Shown one piece after another: positions 36,105 through 46,618 of a stretch of 64,000 nt of DNA. The number at the start of each line of letters is the position of its first letter. Position 1 is the stretch's first letter. Source of the stretch: Fidelibacterota bacterium (GTDB taxonomy: Bacteria; Pseudomonadota; Alphaproteobacteria; Rhodospirillales; Rhodospirillaceae); contig CAMDOZ010000003.1 in the NCBI GenBank assembly GCA_945903705.1, positions 642-64,641 of the forward strand, given 5' to 3'. The notes under the pieces are model-generated. The model was given only the letters and a program-made list of their open reading frames with translations, was not told the origin of the DNA and ran no database searches. The translations under genes and the position numbers were made by a program.

Positions 36105-38486
36105 CTACTCCTCGATGTCCCAGACGACCGCGTACCCGCCCTTGGCGAGATTGAGCTGCGGCAGTTCGAGCCTGATCTCGAAGGACGCCGAGGCGGCCGG
36201 ATCGAGCAGGGCCGCCGGAGCAAGCGCGGTCTCCATTTGAATGACTTCTTTCTTCTCGTTGTAGAGCTCAAGTCGGATGCCCGGCACGGTGCGCGGGATT
36301 TCACCGATGTTCGAGATGTAACCTTGCACGACGAGCGTCTCGACGCCGCCGATGCGTTGCAGGCGTTTTGAGGACTCTGCAATGCTGAGGCCGTCGCCCG
36401 GGCGCGGCGCTTCAACGCCGACGCGATTGTAGAGGCTCTGGAACTGCGGGAGCATTTTGGAGATCTCGGCACGGCCAAACCACAACACCGCGACGATCGA
36501 CGCCACGACGCCGCCCATCATCATCGCCGTCGCATAGGCGGGGTTCATCGGCTTGCGCGCCTTGTAGGGCTTCGCCGCCGCCTTTCCACCGCCCGCGCGC
36601 GACGCGACCTGGGCAAATCCTTCGTCGGCTGAAGCCTCCTCGTCTTCGCCGGCCTCGGCCTCATCGTCGGCGGAGCCGAAGTTCGGACGATCCGCGTCCG
36701 GATCTACGAGCTCGTCTTCGTCGTCCTTCCCGAGGGCTGCCGCGGCCGCAGCCGCGCTCTTGGCGCCCGGACCGGCGGACGAGCCTGCCTCGGGCTTCTT
36801 GCTACCGTCGCTCTTGAGTTCGCCTGCGGCCTTAGGTCCGCCCGCAGCGCCCGCGACCAATTCAGCTTCAGCTTTCTTCGCTCCAGGCCCGCCGCTGGGA
36901 CCGCCACTTGAGCCTGCGGCGCCGGCTTCACCCGGGCCCTGAGCGCCAGGGGCACCGGCCGCGCCTGGCTCCATCATGGATTGGCCAGGAACCGGGGCGC
37001 CTGGGGCGCCGGATGCGCCTGGAGCTCCTGGACCGCCGGCCGCGCCGGCATTGTCGAGCATGGACTGGCCGGGAGCGCCTGGGCCCGCCTGAGCGCCATC
37101 GAGCAAGGACCGAGAACCTTGCCCGGGGGCAACAATCGCATTGGTGAGCTGCGAGACCGCGGCCCCGCCGGGTCCGGCCGGCATCCCTTGGTTCATCACG
37201 GATTGGCCAGGGCCGCCGGCAGCGCCTTGAGCGTCCGGCTTCATCCACGAAACGGCTTCCTCGCCCGGTGCAACTTGAGCGCCGGGCTGACGCATGGATT
37301 GGCCTGGAGCCCCCGGGGCGCCGGGAGCGCCCGGAGCGCCGGGCTGCATCCAGGAAACAGAGCCTTGGCCGGGAGCGGCGGCTGCCCCGGCTTGGCCACG
37401 CATCGACTGGCCCGGAAGAGCGGCGGCCTGCGCCTGGGCCGGAGAGGTTGGAGCACCGAGGGCGCCCGCCTGGACTTGAGGACGGCCGCCGGGACCACCC
37501 GCGGCCCCCTGAGCTCCCGGGGGCATTTGGCCCCCTGGCGGTGCCGAGCCGGGCCCTCCGGCTGCACCCATCGGGCCGCCGGGAGCGCCAGGAGCACCCG
37601 GAGCGCCTTGTGCGCCGGGCTGTTGCATCCACGAGACCGCACCCTGGCCGGGGGCGCCGGGTGCGGCCGCCCCTGCTTGGCCGCGCATGGATTGGCCTGG
37701 AAGCGGAGCGGCGCCAGGAGCGGCATTTGCCCCCGGCACACCCAGTGGCGCCATCCCCGGCATCTGCGGGGCGCCTTGGTTGTCCATCCAGGAAACGGCC
37801 CCCTCGCCGGGGGCGCCTGGGGCGGCTTGCTGGCCGCGGCCGGCCTGGGCCCCGAGCACGGCGGCCGCCTGCGGCGCGCCGCCAGGGCCTCCAGCCGCAC
37901 CGGGTTGAGGTGGCTGTTGCGCGTTTTGGCCCCTGGGGGTGCCCGCGAACCACGATTGAGCGGTGGACGCCGGCGCCGGCTGGGCGCCTGGGGCGCCCGG
38001 CTGTTGGATCGGACGCTGCTGCTGCGCAGCTTGATTACGGCGTGACATCATCGAGACCGCGCCGGGCGGAACGGGCGGTGCTCCCGCCGGCGGTACCGGC
38101 GGCTGGCGCATTGGCGCGGCCTGCACGTTGCGGCCCGGTTCGCGCGGCGCGCCGAGCGCCGCCGCTTGGACATGGCGTTGATTGTCGACCACACCGATCG
38201 CGCCTGCGCGCGCGCCCTGCTGGGCCGCGCCGCGCTGCTGTTGCGCGCGCTGTTGTTGCGCTGCTTGCTGCGCGGCTGGAGCGCCCGCGGCTTGGCCGCC
38301 GCCGGCCGCGGCCGCTTTCTGCGCGTAGTCCTCGCCCATGATTGCCGCGAGGTCGAGCGATTCCACCTGCGCCGCCTGATACCAGGCATGCTGGCAGGTG
38401 GCGCATTTCAGCGCGCGGCCCTTCTTCCCAAGGAGCTCACTGGGCAGCTCGAAGTGTGAAGCGCAGCTCGGACAGGTAATCCGCAT
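36105..38486 (-). CDS. MJ0042-type zinc-ribbon protein with a giant Gly/Ala/Pro/Gln repeat linker, a TM segment and a DUF3426-like C-terminal domain
   Basis: N-terminal MRITCPSCASHFELPSELLGKKGRALKCATCQHAWY. About 560 aa of low-complexity repeats. TM segment AYATAMMMGGVVASIVAVLWF. C-terminal beta-rich domain ending GGYAVVWDIEE. Confidence 0.8.
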   Translation of the reverse strand: MRITCPSCASHFELPSELLGKKGRALKCATCQHAWYQAAQVESLDLAAIMGEDYAQKAAAAGGGQAAGAPAAQQAAQQQRAQQQRGAAQQGARAGAIGVVDNQRHVQAAALGAPREPGRNVQAAPMRQPPVPPAGAPPVPPGAVSMMSRRNQAAQQQRPIQQPGAPGAQPAPASTAQSWFAGTPRGQNAQQPPQPGAAGGPGGAPQAAAVLGAQAGRGQQAAPGAPGEGAVSWMDNQGAPQMPGMAPLGVPGANAAPGAAPLPGQSMRGQAGAAAPGAPGQGAVSWMQQPGAQGAPGAPGAPGGPMGAAGGPGSAPPGGQMPPGAQGAAGGPGGRPQVQAGALGAPTSPAQAQAAALPGQSMRGQAGAAAAPGQGSVSWMQPGAPGAPGAPGAPGQSMRQPGAQVAPGEEAVSWMKPDAQGAAGGPGQSVMNQGMPAGPGGAAVSQLTNAIVAPGQGSRSLLDGAQAGPGAPGQSMLDNAGAAGGPGAPGASGAPGAPVPGQSMMEPGAAGAPGAQGPGEAGAAGSSGGPSGGPGAKKAEAELVAGAAGGPKAAGELKSDGSKKPEAGSSAGPGAKSAAAAAAALGKDDEDELVDPDADRPNFGSADDEAEAGEDEEASADEGFAQVASRAGGGKAAAKPYKARKPMNPAYATAMMMGGVVASIVAVLWFGRAEISKMLPQFQSLYNRVGVEAPRPGDGLSIAESSKRLQRIGGVETLVVQGYISNIGEIPRTVPGIRLELYNEKKEVIQMETALAPAALLDPAASASFEIRLELPQLNLAKGGYAVVWDIEE

Positions 38487-38602
38487 CGTCAACCACTTAC
38501 ACGGACGTCAATCTTCTATAGTACAAATGCTCATGTTAATGGGAGCTAAACGCTCCCGCCGGCGGTTACCAAGGTCTTAATATTAGTAGCGAATCACTCC
38601 GA

Positions 38603-39322
38603 ATGGCGCAGCTCCGCAAGAAGTCCGATTTCGTCGGCGACACCGTTCAACTGGAGGATGTTGGATTGCGCTATGCGGACGGGCCGGAAATCTTCTCCAA
38701 CGTCTCCCTTGCCATCCCCCAGAGCTCTTTCTACTTCCTGACCGGCCCCTCCGGCGCAGGCAAGACCTCGCTCCTCAGCCTGATGTACCTGGCCAAAAGA
38801 CCGACCCGGGGCCGCCTCAAGCTCTTCGGCGACGACGTCACGGACGCTAAACGCAGCCGCCTGCCGGCGATCCGGCGGCGCCTCGGCGTCGTCTTTCAGG
38901 ACTTCCGCCTTCTCGAACATATGACGGCCTTCGACAATGTCGCGTTACCGCTACGCATCGCAAAAGTGAGCGAAGCCACGGTCGAAAAAAATGTCACTGA
39001 ACTTCTGAAGTGGGTCGGCCTCGAAGAATTCATGCAGGCGCGTCCGTCCGTTCTTTCCGGCGGGCAACAGCAACGCATCGCCATTGCAAGAGCCGTGGTG
39101 CATCGGCCCAAATTGATCCTCGCCGACGAGCCCACCGGCAACGTCGATGACACCATCGCGTTCCGGCTCATGCAGCTCTTTGTCGAACTGCACAAACTTG
39201 GCACGAGCGTCATCATCGCCACCCACAATGAGCACTTGGTCTCGCGGTTTGCGTTTCCGCGCCTTCATCTGAAGGCCGGTACGCTGACGGCGATGCCTCC
39301 CGCGACAGGGGCGGAGTCATGA
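38603..39322 (+). CDS. ftsE: Cell division ABC ATPase FtsE
   Basis: Walker [10 protein letters not shown], signature LSGGQQQR, Walker [10 protein letters not shown]. Followed by ftsX. Confidence 0.92.
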   Translation: MAQLRKKSDFVGDTVQLEDVGLRYADGPEIFSNVSLAIPQSSFYFLTGPSGAGKTSLLSLMYLAKRPTRGRLKLFGDDVTDAKRSRLPAIRRRLGVVFQDFRLLEHMTAFDNVALPLRIAKVSEATVEKNVTELLKWVGLEEFMQARPSVLSGGQQQRIAIARAVVHRPKLILADEPTGNVDDTIAFRLMQLFVELHKLGTSVIIATHNEHLVSRFAFPRLHLKAGTLTAMPPATGAES

Positions 39323-40206
39323 TCGCGCTGCGCTCAGAGCTTCCACTCAAAGGTGACACGTCCAGCCGCTTCGTCGTCTGGCTGGTGATGGTGCTGGTGT
39401 TCATGGCATCGATCGCCCTCACGACGAATGCCTATATCGGTGCGCTACTTTTTCACTGGAATCAGAGCGTGACCGGCACGCTCACGATTCAGATCCCAGT
39501 CATGCTTGATGCCAAGGACCCGGCGTCCACGGCAACGACCGAACGTGTGCTCGACGTGCTGAACCGTCATCCGGCCGTCGAGCGCGCGACAGCGGTGCCC
39601 CGCGAAAAAGTGACCGAACTCCTGAAGCCCTGGTTCGGCGCGGGCGAGGCGGTCGCCGACCTGCCGCTGCCCGTGCTTGTCGACGTCCGGCTTTCCACCA
39701 GCGAACCGTCGGCAATCAACGCCGTATCGAATTCCGTCCAGAGCACAGCGCCCGGCGCGGTCATCGACGACCACCGCGCGTGGCTGAACCGCGTGATCGG
39801 GCTCGCCGAAGGGCTGGGCGCCATCGCGATCACCGCCATGGCGCTCGTGACCATTGCGCTCGGACTCACCATCGTGTTCGCCACCCGGGCGAGCCTCGCG
39901 GAGTTCGCGCAAGTGATCGATGTGCTGCACGTGGTGGGCGCGAAAGACGGATACATCGCCGGCCAATTTGCGCGGCGTGCGCTTGTGCAAAGTTTGATCG
40001 GCGGCGGCGCCGGCCTCTTGCTCTATGCGCCGACGCTCGGCTTCATCGCGTGGCTCGCCAGCCGGATTGAACCCGGCATCCTTCCCGACATCAGCTTCCC
40101 GGCAAGCCACTGGGTCGTGCTCGCCGCCCTGCCGTTCCTCGCTGGATTGATCGCTACGATCACCGCTAATGTAACGGTGCGCCGCGCACTTAGCGCGAAA
40201 GTCTAG
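39319..40206 (+). CDS. ftsX: Cell division permease-like protein FtsX
   Basis: ATGA overlap with ftsE. Four TM segments with a large first periplasmic loop. Confidence 0.85.
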   Translation: MIALRSELPLKGDTSSRFVVWLVMVLVFMASIALTTNAYIGALLFHWNQSVTGTLTIQIPVMLDAKDPASTATTERVLDVLNRHPAVERATAVPREKVTELLKPWFGAGEAVADLPLPVLVDVRLSTSEPSAINAVSNSVQSTAPGAVIDDHRAWLNRVIGLAEGLGAIAITAMALVTIALGLTIVFATRASLAEFAQVIDVLHVVGAKDGYIAGQFARRALVQSLIGGGAGLLLYAPTLGFIAWLASRIEPGILPDISFPASHWVVLAALPFLAGLIATITANVTVRRALSAKV

Positions 40207-40258
40207 GCGCGAAGTCTAAGTATCTGTTTTGCGGTCCGAGTTAGGGTAGCATCGCGCC

Positions 40259-40879
40259 ATGAAGGGCGTTTTGTGGAAATTCATGTGGGTCGTGGTCGGA
40301 GGTCTCACCGTCGCATGGGCGGCGGGCCTTCTATGGTTTGCGTCGACCATCCCCAAGGACGTGACCGACACGTCCACCCACACGGACGCCATCGTCGCGC
40401 TCACGGGCGGGGCGGAGCGGATCGAAACCGGCGTCAAACTTCTCTCGGACGGCCTTGCGGAGCGCTTGTTTGTCTCCGGCGCGGGCGAGCAGGTGCAGAC
40501 CTCCGACATCCTCGGCCGTACGACGACCGCCAGCCCCGAACTGGCGGCCAACATCACCATCGGCAAAGCGGCCGTGGATACGCCCGGCAATGCGATCGAA
40601 ACCGCCGAGTGGGTGCGCCGCCAGAACATGCGCTCCATCAGGCTCGTGACTGCGGCCTATCATATGCGCCGCAGCCTCCTCGAATTTCATGCCGCCATGC
40701 CGGAAGTCGAAATCGTACCGCACGCGGTGTTTCCCCCGCACGTCAAACAGGACTGGTGGCGCTGGCCGGGGACCGCGAGCCTGATTGCGCGGGAGTACAC
40801 AAAATTTCTTCTGACCTGGGCCCGCCAGAGCATCGAGGGAACGGACGGAACTCTGCCCCAACCGGGCGCGGCGGCGTAA
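40259..40879 (+). CDS. YdcF/ElyC family DUF218 protein
   Basis: N-terminal TM segment, DAIVALTGGAERIETG, LVTAAYHMRRS. Confidence 0.85.
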   Translation: MKGVLWKFMWVVVGGLTVAWAAGLLWFASTIPKDVTDTSTHTDAIVALTGGAERIETGVKLLSDGLAERLFVSGAGEQVQTSDILGRTTTASPELAANITIGKAAVDTPGNAIETAEWVRRQNMRSIRLVTAAYHMRRSLLEFHAAMPEVEIVPHAVFPPHVKQDWWRWPGTASLIAREYTKFLLTWARQSIEGTDGTLPQPGAAA

Positions 40880-40883
40880 CGCT

Positions 40884-41597
40884 TTGATCCCGATCTCCGT
40901 ACATATCCGGTCCTGGATCTATCTGTTCGCGTTCGTGGCGTGGACGGTCTGCGCCTCACTCGCGTTCCTGCCGTTCCTTGTTTCGCGGCGCACGACCGTC
41001 GGAGCGATTCGTCTGTGGGTTCGCGGCGTGCAGACCCTCGCGCGGGTGATCACCCACATCACGTTCCGCTCGGAGGGGCGCGAGAACATTCCGCACGGCC
41101 CTTGTATCGTCGCGGCCCAGCACCAAGCGTCATTCGAGACCTATGCGATGTTTCTCGAGTTCGCTCGACCCATCTTCGTGCTGAAACGTGAGCTCATCTA
41201 CATCCCGGTCATAGGCTGGTACATGCAGAGGGCGGGCCTCGTGCACATCGACCGCGGCGCGGGCGCCAGCGCGATGCGCAAGATGATGCGTGAAGCTCAA
41301 GCCGCGCTGGAGGCGGGCCACCAGGTGATCATCTTCCCCGAAGGCACGCGCGTTAAGCCCGGCGCATCCGTTCCCTACAAGCCCGGCATTGCGGCCCTCT
41401 CCACGCATTGTGATGCGCCGGTGATACCCATGGCGCTCAACAGCGGTTATTTCTGGGGAAAGACCCGCATCCTGAAGAGGCCCGGCGAGATCGTCTTCCG
41501 CTATCTCCCGGCGTTGCCGAGAGGGCTGCCGCGCGACGAACTGCTGGCCGAGCTTCGCCGGCGCATCGACGCGGAATCCGCCGACCTCAGCCGCTGA
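40884..41597 (+). CDS. plsC: Lysophospholipid (1-acyl-sn-glycerol-3-phosphate) acyltransferase
   Basis: Acyltransferase blocks AAQHQASFE (HX4D/E-like), FVLKREL, IFPEGTR. TTG start assumed. Confidence 0.85.
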   Translation: MIPISVHIRSWIYLFAFVAWTVCASLAFLPFLVSRRTTVGAIRLWVRGVQTLARVITHITFRSEGRENIPHGPCIVAAQHQASFETYAMFLEFARPIFVLKRELIYIPVIGWYMQRAGLVHIDRGAGASAMRKMMREAQAALEAGHQVIIFPEGTRVKPGASVPYKPGIAALSTHCDAPVIPMALNSGYFWGKTRILKRPGEIVFRYLPALPRGLPRDELLAELRRRIDAESADLSR

Positions 41598-41637
41598 CCC
41601 GGAACACTGCGAGCGCTCCCGCATTATGTGGTGAGTT

Positions 41638-41841
41638 TTGTCTCGGAGGCGTCACATGTTCATTCGTAGAAAGCGCGGTCTTCTCTCCAGGGTAGTGCCA
41701 ATCCTGGCCATTGCAGGCGTGGCGCAATCCTTCATGAAGCGCCGCGGACGGCAGGGAAAACTCAGCAAGCTGATCGGGACGGCGAGCATCGCCGCCCTCG
41801 CCTTCCAGAAGAGCGACGCCTTCAGATCCCGCCGCCGGTAA
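41638..41841 (+). CDS. Possible small basic membrane-associated protein
   Basis: 67-aa ORF (or 61 aa from ATG 41656), very Arg/Lys-rich with one hydrophobic stretch. No other support. Confidence 0.3.
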   Translation: MSRRRHMFIRRKRGLLSRVVPILAIAGVAQSFMKRRGRQGKLSKLIGTASIAALAFQKSDAFRSRRR

Positions 41842-41847
41842 AGGCGG

Positions 41848-42636
41848 CTAGTTCTTCAACCGGTATCCGGTCTTAAAGATCCAGCTCACGGCTGCGAGGC
41901 CGGCGATGAAGAAGGTCGCCGTCATCAACATGCTTACTTCGATACCCACGTCCGAGGTTCCGTAGAAACACCAGCGGAACGCGCTGATGATGTAGACGAT
42001 CGGGTTGAAGAGCGTGAGCGTGCGCCAGATCCCCGGCAGGATGTCGATGGAGTAGAAGGCGCCGCCCAGGAAGGTAAGCGGCGTGACAACCAGCATCGGA
42101 ATGAAGCTGAGTTGCTCGAAGGACCGCGCCCAGATGCCGGTGATAAATCCGAGCAAACTGAAGGTCGCCGCGGTCAGCACCAGAAACGCGACCATGGCGA
42201 CCGGATGCAGGATGTGCAGGTCGACGAAGAAGGTCGATGTGGCGAGGATGATCAGGCCAAGGATCACCGACTTGGTGGCGGCCGCGCCGACGTAGCCGAG
42301 CACGGTTTCCACCGGCGAGATCGGCGCGGACAAGAGTTCATAGATCGTACCCGTGAACTTCGGAAAGTAGATGCCGAAAGACCCGTTTGAGATGCTCTCG
42401 CCGAGGATCGTCAGCATGATCATGCCCGGAACGATGAAAGCGCCGTAAGGAACGCCGTCCACTTCCGCCATCCGCCCGCCGATGGCCGATCCGAACACCA
42501 CGAAATAGAGCGAAGTGGTCAAGACCGGCGTCAGGATGCTCTGCCCCGCGGTGCGCAAAAAGCGCGCCATCTCGAAGCGGTAAATCGCCCAGACGCCATA
42601 TCGGTTAAAAGCGCGGATGTTCGGTTCGCTGCTCAT
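41848..42636 (-). CDS. ABC-2 type transporter permease (YadH-like)
   Basis: ATGA overlap with the upstream ATPase gene. Six TM segments. Paralogue of 18833-19657. Confidence 0.88.
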   Translation of the reverse strand: MSSEPNIRAFNRYGVWAIYRFEMARFLRTAGQSILTPVLTTSLYFVVFGSAIGGRMAEVDGVPYGAFIVPGMIMLTILGESISNGSFGIYFPKFTGTIYELLSAPISPVETVLGYVGAAATKSVILGLIILATSTFFVDLHILHPVAMVAFLVLTAATFSLLGFITGIWARSFEQLSFIPMLVVTPLTFLGGAFYSIDILPGIWRTLTLFNPIVYIISAFRWCFYGTSDVGIEVSMLMTATFFIAGLAAVSWIFKTGYRLKN

Positions 42637-43559
42637 TGGCGCTCGCTCACCAGGCTCACGAAAATGTCCTCGAGCGAGCTCTGGTGCGTGTTGAGATCTT
42701 TGAAAAGAATGCCGATGTCGGTCATGCGGCGAAGAAGCGACGGAATGCCCGTGCGCTCTGCCTTGCCGTCGTAGGTATATTCGAGAACGTAGCCGTCGCC
42801 CTTGAGTTCGAGTTTCCACTCGGAGAGCTCGGACGGCAGGGCTTTCAGCGGCTCCTGGAGCTGCAACGTGAGTTGCTTCTTGCCGAGCTTGTGCATGAGG
42901 GCGCTTTTGTTCTCAACGAGGATCAGCTCGCCTTTGTGGATGACCCCGACGCGGTCGGCCATTTCCTCGGCTTCTTCGATGTAATGGGTGGTGAGGATGA
43001 TGGTGACTCCTTGCGCGCGCAGTTCACGCACGAGGTTCCACATGTCGCGGCGCAGCTCGACATCGACACCCGCGGTGGGTTCATCGAGAAAAAGGATTGT
43101 CGGCTCGTGCGCCAGCGCCTTTGCGATCATCACGCGGCGTTTCATGCCGCCGGAGAGGGTCATGATCTTGTCGCCGCGCCTTTCCCAGAGGGTGAGCGAG
43201 CGCAGAACTTTTTCGATTTGGTTCGGATCGGTCCGCCGGCCGAAAAGGCCGCGAGAGAGCCGGACCGAGGTTTCAACCGTTTCGAAGGCGTCGGTCGCGA
43301 GCTCCTGCGGCACGAGGCCGATCTTGAAACGCGCCTGGCGGTAGTCCTTCATGATATCGTGGCCGTCGGCCACCACGGTGCCTGTGCTCGGCGTTACGAT
43401 CCCGCAAACGATGTTGATGAGCGTGGACTTGCCCGCGCCGTTGGGCCCGAGGAGGGCGAAGATTTCGCCCTTATTGATCTCGAGGTCGATACGCTTCAAG
43501 GCCTGAAGACCGGACGCGTAGGTCTTGCTGACGTTCGAAATCGAGATGATGGGAGACAT
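42633..43559 (-). CDS. ABC transporter ATP-binding protein (YadG-like)
   Basis: Walker [10 protein letters not shown], signature LSGGMKRR, Walker [11 protein letters not shown]. Start taken at [10 protein letters not shown]. Confidence 0.92.
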   Translation of the reverse strand: MSPIISISNVSKTYASGLQALKRIDLEINKGEIFALLGPNGAGKSTLINIVCGIVTPSTGTVVADGHDIMKDYRQARFKIGLVPQELATDAFETVETSVRLSRGLFGRRTDPNQIEKVLRSLTLWERRGDKIMTLSGGMKRRVMIAKALAHEPTILFLDEPTAGVDVELRRDMWNLVRELRAQGVTIILTTHYIEEAEEMADRVGVIHKGELILVENKSALMHKLGKKQLTLQLQEPLKALPSELSEWKLELKGDGYVLEYTYDGKAERTGIPSLLRRMTDIGILFKDLNTHQSSLEDIFVSLVSERQ

Positions 43560-43758
43560 AGAGAACCGGGGCGGGATGACGCGCTCCACGGTATGCGGAA
43601 GATCGCGGCTTAGCAAGGACTTGCGCGCGTGTTGCGGCGCACCGCCGGGAAAAGGCTTCGGCGCAAAAATCAAGTCCGCATTCGCCCCGCATTCGCATTG
43701 AAATAGCCCTCGGAAGTTTTCTATTTTCGGCCCCCGCTTTAGTCAGTTCAGGAATTTC

Positions 43759-46092
43759 ATGGTCCCCGATATCGTTCGTTACGCCGGTCTCATCGCACCC
43801 GAGATCAACGCCAAACCCGTTCAGGCCGCCGCGGCCATAACGCTGCTCGACGAAGGTGCTACGGTTCCGTTCATTGCCCGTTACCGAAAAGAGGTCACCG
43901 GAGGCCTGGACGACACCCAATTGCGCCTTCTCGCGGAGCGGTTGGTCTACCTGCGCGAGCTGGACACACGCCGCGAAGCCATCCTCGCGTCGATCCGCGA
44001 ACAAGGAAAACTAACGGACGAGCTGGAAGCCAAGCTTGCCGCTGCGACCACCAAGGCGGAGCTCGAAGATATCTATCTTCCCTTCAAACCGAAGCGGCGC
44101 ACCAAGGCCGAGATTGCCAAGGAGAACGGGCTCGGGCCCCTCGCGGACGCGATCTTCGCCGACCGCGCCGCTGTCCCGGCCGAACTCGCTGCCCCGTACG
44201 TGAACGACAAGGTCTTAGACGTTAAGGCGGCGCTCGAAGGCGCGCGGGATATCCTCTCGGAGCAGTTCGCCGAAAACGCCGACCTGGTGGGGCGTCTGCG
44301 CACCTACATGAAGGACCGTGCGATGCTGCGCTCGAAGGTCAGCGAGGGCAAGCAAGACGCGGGTGCGAAGTTCTCCGACTACTTCGATCACGCCGAACGC
44401 TGGTCCGCTGTTGCCGGCCATCGCGCTTTGGCCATGCTGCGCGGACGCAACGAGGAGTTTCTCACCCTCGACCTCGAAGTGGATGCGGACGATCCCTCGC
44501 CCGTCAAACCGGCTGAGCAAATGATCGCCGAGGCCTATGCCGTCGGCAAAAAACATCCCGGCGACCAGTGGCTCGCGACCGTAGTGAACTGGACGTGGAA
44601 GATCAAACTGCTGACGCGGCTTTCCATCGACCTCATGACCGATCTTCGGACCCGGGCGGAGGAAGAGGCCATCGGCGTCTTCGCGCGCAACCTCAAGGAC
44701 CTCTTGCTTGCGGCGCCGGCCGGCTCGCGCGCGACCATGGGGCTTGATCCCGGTATCCGCACCGGCGTGAAGGTCGCAGTGGTCGACGGCACCGGCAAGG
44801 TGCTCGCGACCACGACGGTCTATCCCTTCCCGCCGCGCAACGACGTACGCGGCACGCAGCTGGAGCTCGCGAGCCTCGTTCGCAAGCATGGCGTCGAGCT
44901 GATCTCCATCGGCAACGGCACCGGCAGTCGCGAGACGGAAAAGCTGGTGGCCGACATGTTGTCCCACCTTCCCGCGACGCCCTCTGGTTCGAAGCCGCTC
45001 AAGGTGATCGTCAGCGAGGCGGGTGCTTCGGTGTATTCGGCCTCGGAAACCGCGGCGAAGGAATTCCCCGACCTTGACGTCACGCTGCGCGGCGCGGTGT
45101 CCATCGCCCGCCGTCTGCAGGATCCGTTGGCCGAATTGGTGAAGATCGAACCCAAGTCCATTGGCGTCGGGCAGTACCAGCACGACCTGGATCAATACAA
45201 ACTCGGCCGCTCGCTCGAGGCTGTTGTGGAAGATGCCGTGAACGCGGTGGGTGTCGATCTCAATACCGCCTCGGCTTCCCTTCTCGCGCGCGTCTCGGGG
45301 CTCAGCGCGTCCCTCGCGGACGCCATCGTCGCTCATCGCGATTCCGTCGGCGCCTTCAAGGCCCGCAAGGAGCTTCTCAAGGTGACCCGCCTTGGACCCC
45401 GCGCCTTCGAGCAATGCGCGGGCTTCCTGCGCATCCCGAACGGCACGGAGCCGCTGGACGCCTCGTCCGTACACCCGGAAGCGTACGACATCGCCAAAAA
45501 GATCGTGGCCGCCTGCGGGCGCGACGTGCGCGCCCTGATGGGTGACAGCGCCGCCCTGAAGGCGCTCGACCCGAAAGTGTTCGTAAACGAGAAGTTCGGT
45601 CTACCGACGGTGCGCGACATCATCGCCGAGTTGGAAAAGCCCGGCCGCGATCCGCGCCCCTCCTTCAAGACCGCCACCTTCGCCGACGGAATCGAGGAGA
45701 TGAAGGATCTTGCTCCCGGCATGATGCTCGAAGGCACCGTCACGAACGTCGCCGCCTTCGGCGCCTTTGTCGACATCGGTGTCCATCAGGACGGGTTGGT
45801 TCATGTCTCGCAACTCACCGACCGATTCGTGAAAGACGCGCACGAGATCGTCAAGGCCGGCGACGTCGTGAAGGTGCGTGTGCTGGAGGTCGATATGGCG
45901 AGGAAGCGCATCAGCCTCTCGATGAAAAAGAATCCGGGCGATACCCCGCCGCCACGTATGGAAAAGCGGGGCCCGGAAAAGCGTGATACCGGCCCGCGCG
46001 CGCCGATGCCAAAACGCGAGAGTAAGCCTGCGCCTTCCGAAGGGGCATTCGGCGCGGCCTTCGCGGAAGCGCTGAAGCGGAAGTCGACGTAG
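43759..46092 (+). CDS. tex: Tex family transcription accessory protein (YqgF-like, HhH and S1 domains)
   Basis: N-terminal [19 protein letters not shown]-terminal S1 domain [28 protein letters not shown]. Confidence 0.95.
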   Translation: MVPDIVRYAGLIAPEINAKPVQAAAAITLLDEGATVPFIARYRKEVTGGLDDTQLRLLAERLVYLRELDTRREAILASIREQGKLTDELEAKLAAATTKAELEDIYLPFKPKRRTKAEIAKENGLGPLADAIFADRAAVPAELAAPYVNDKVLDVKAALEGARDILSEQFAENADLVGRLRTYMKDRAMLRSKVSEGKQDAGAKFSDYFDHAERWSAVAGHRALAMLRGRNEEFLTLDLEVDADDPSPVKPAEQMIAEAYAVGKKHPGDQWLATVVNWTWKIKLLTRLSIDLMTDLRTRAEEEAIGVFARNLKDLLLAAPAGSRATMGLDPGIRTGVKVAVVDGTGKVLATTTVYPFPPRNDVRGTQLELASLVRKHGVELISIGNGTGSRETEKLVADMLSHLPATPSGSKPLKVIVSEAGASVYSASETAAKEFPDLDVTLRGAVSIARRLQDPLAELVKIEPKSIGVGQYQHDLDQYKLGRSLEAVVEDAVNAVGVDLNTASASLLARVSGLSASLADAIVAHRDSVGAFKARKELLKVTRLGPRAFEQCAGFLRIPNGTEPLDASSVHPEAYDIAKKIVAACGRDVRALMGDSAALKALDPKVFVNEKFGLPTVRDIIAELEKPGRDPRPSFKTATFADGIEEMKDLAPGMMLEGTVTNVAAFGAFVDIGVHQDGLVHVSQLTDRFVKDAHEIVKAGDVVKVRVLEVDMARKRISLSMKKNPGDTPPPRMEKRGPEKRDTGPRAPMPKRESKPAPSEGAFGAAFAEALKRKST

Positions 46093-46096
46093 CGAC

Positions 46097-46618
46097 TTAC
46101 TTCAAATTTCCCGGATAGATCTGCGTGAAGCCGTCGCGGTTGGGCATCTTCACGCGCGGGAGGCTCTTCGCGTTCATCACGTCCTTGTCGCCGATGATCC
46201 CGTTCAGCTTCAGGATGTAGGCGGTGAGCGCATAGACTTCGTCGTTGGTGAGGGTCTGCGGGTTGTTGAGCGGCATGGCGCGGCGGGTGTAGTCGAAGAT
46301 GATCGTCGCGTAGGGCCAATAGCTGCCGACGGTCTTCACACCCTTTGGCGTTGCCAAAAGTTTTTGGTCGCCGACAAGGGCGTCGGCCGGCGTGCCGACG
46401 CCGTCGAAGCCGTGACAAACCGCGCACTTCTCCGTGTAGATCGCTTCGCCTTGCGCGGCTGCCCCGCGTCCGGCCGGAAGACCGGCGCCGTCAGGCGCGA
46501 TGTCGAGATTCCACGACGCGATATCGGCTTCGGTGATCGGCTCGCCGAGATGCGGGCTTTCCGCAGCCGCGGCCGGAAGCGCGAGCAGAAGTGCCGCGAT
46601 GAGGCTACGCGTAGACAT
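46097..46618 (-). CDS. Monoheme cytochrome c subunit partnered with the molybdoenzyme (SoxD/SorB-like)
   Basis: Signal peptide. Heme motif CAVCHG. 14-nt overlap with the upstream gene. Confidence 0.82.
   Translation of the reverse strand: MSTRSLIAALLLALPAAAAESPHLGEPITEADIASWNLDIAPDGAGLPAGRGAAAQGEAIYTEKCAVCHGFDGVGTPADALVGDQKLLATPKGVKTVGSYWPYATIIFDYTRRAMPLNNPQTLTNDEVYALTAYILKLNGIIGDKDVMNAKSLPRVKMPNRDGFTQIYPGNLK

Noticed and set aside
36704-38406. Many overlapping ORFs on both strands within the zinc-ribbon repeat gene (for example 36981-38045 +, 37268-38341 +, 36928-37953 -).
   Set aside because: They are by-products of the GC-rich repeats. Only the frame carrying the zinc ribbon, TM segment and DUF3426-like domain has recognisable domains and sensible boundaries.
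38536-38557. CtrA-like site TTAA-N7-TAAA, overlapping a GGGAGC-TAAAC-GCTCCC hairpin, in the ftsE / zinc-ribbon divergent region.
   Set aside because: Only 7 of 8 consensus positions match and there is a single copy. Such near-matches are common by chance in AT-richer intergenic DNA.
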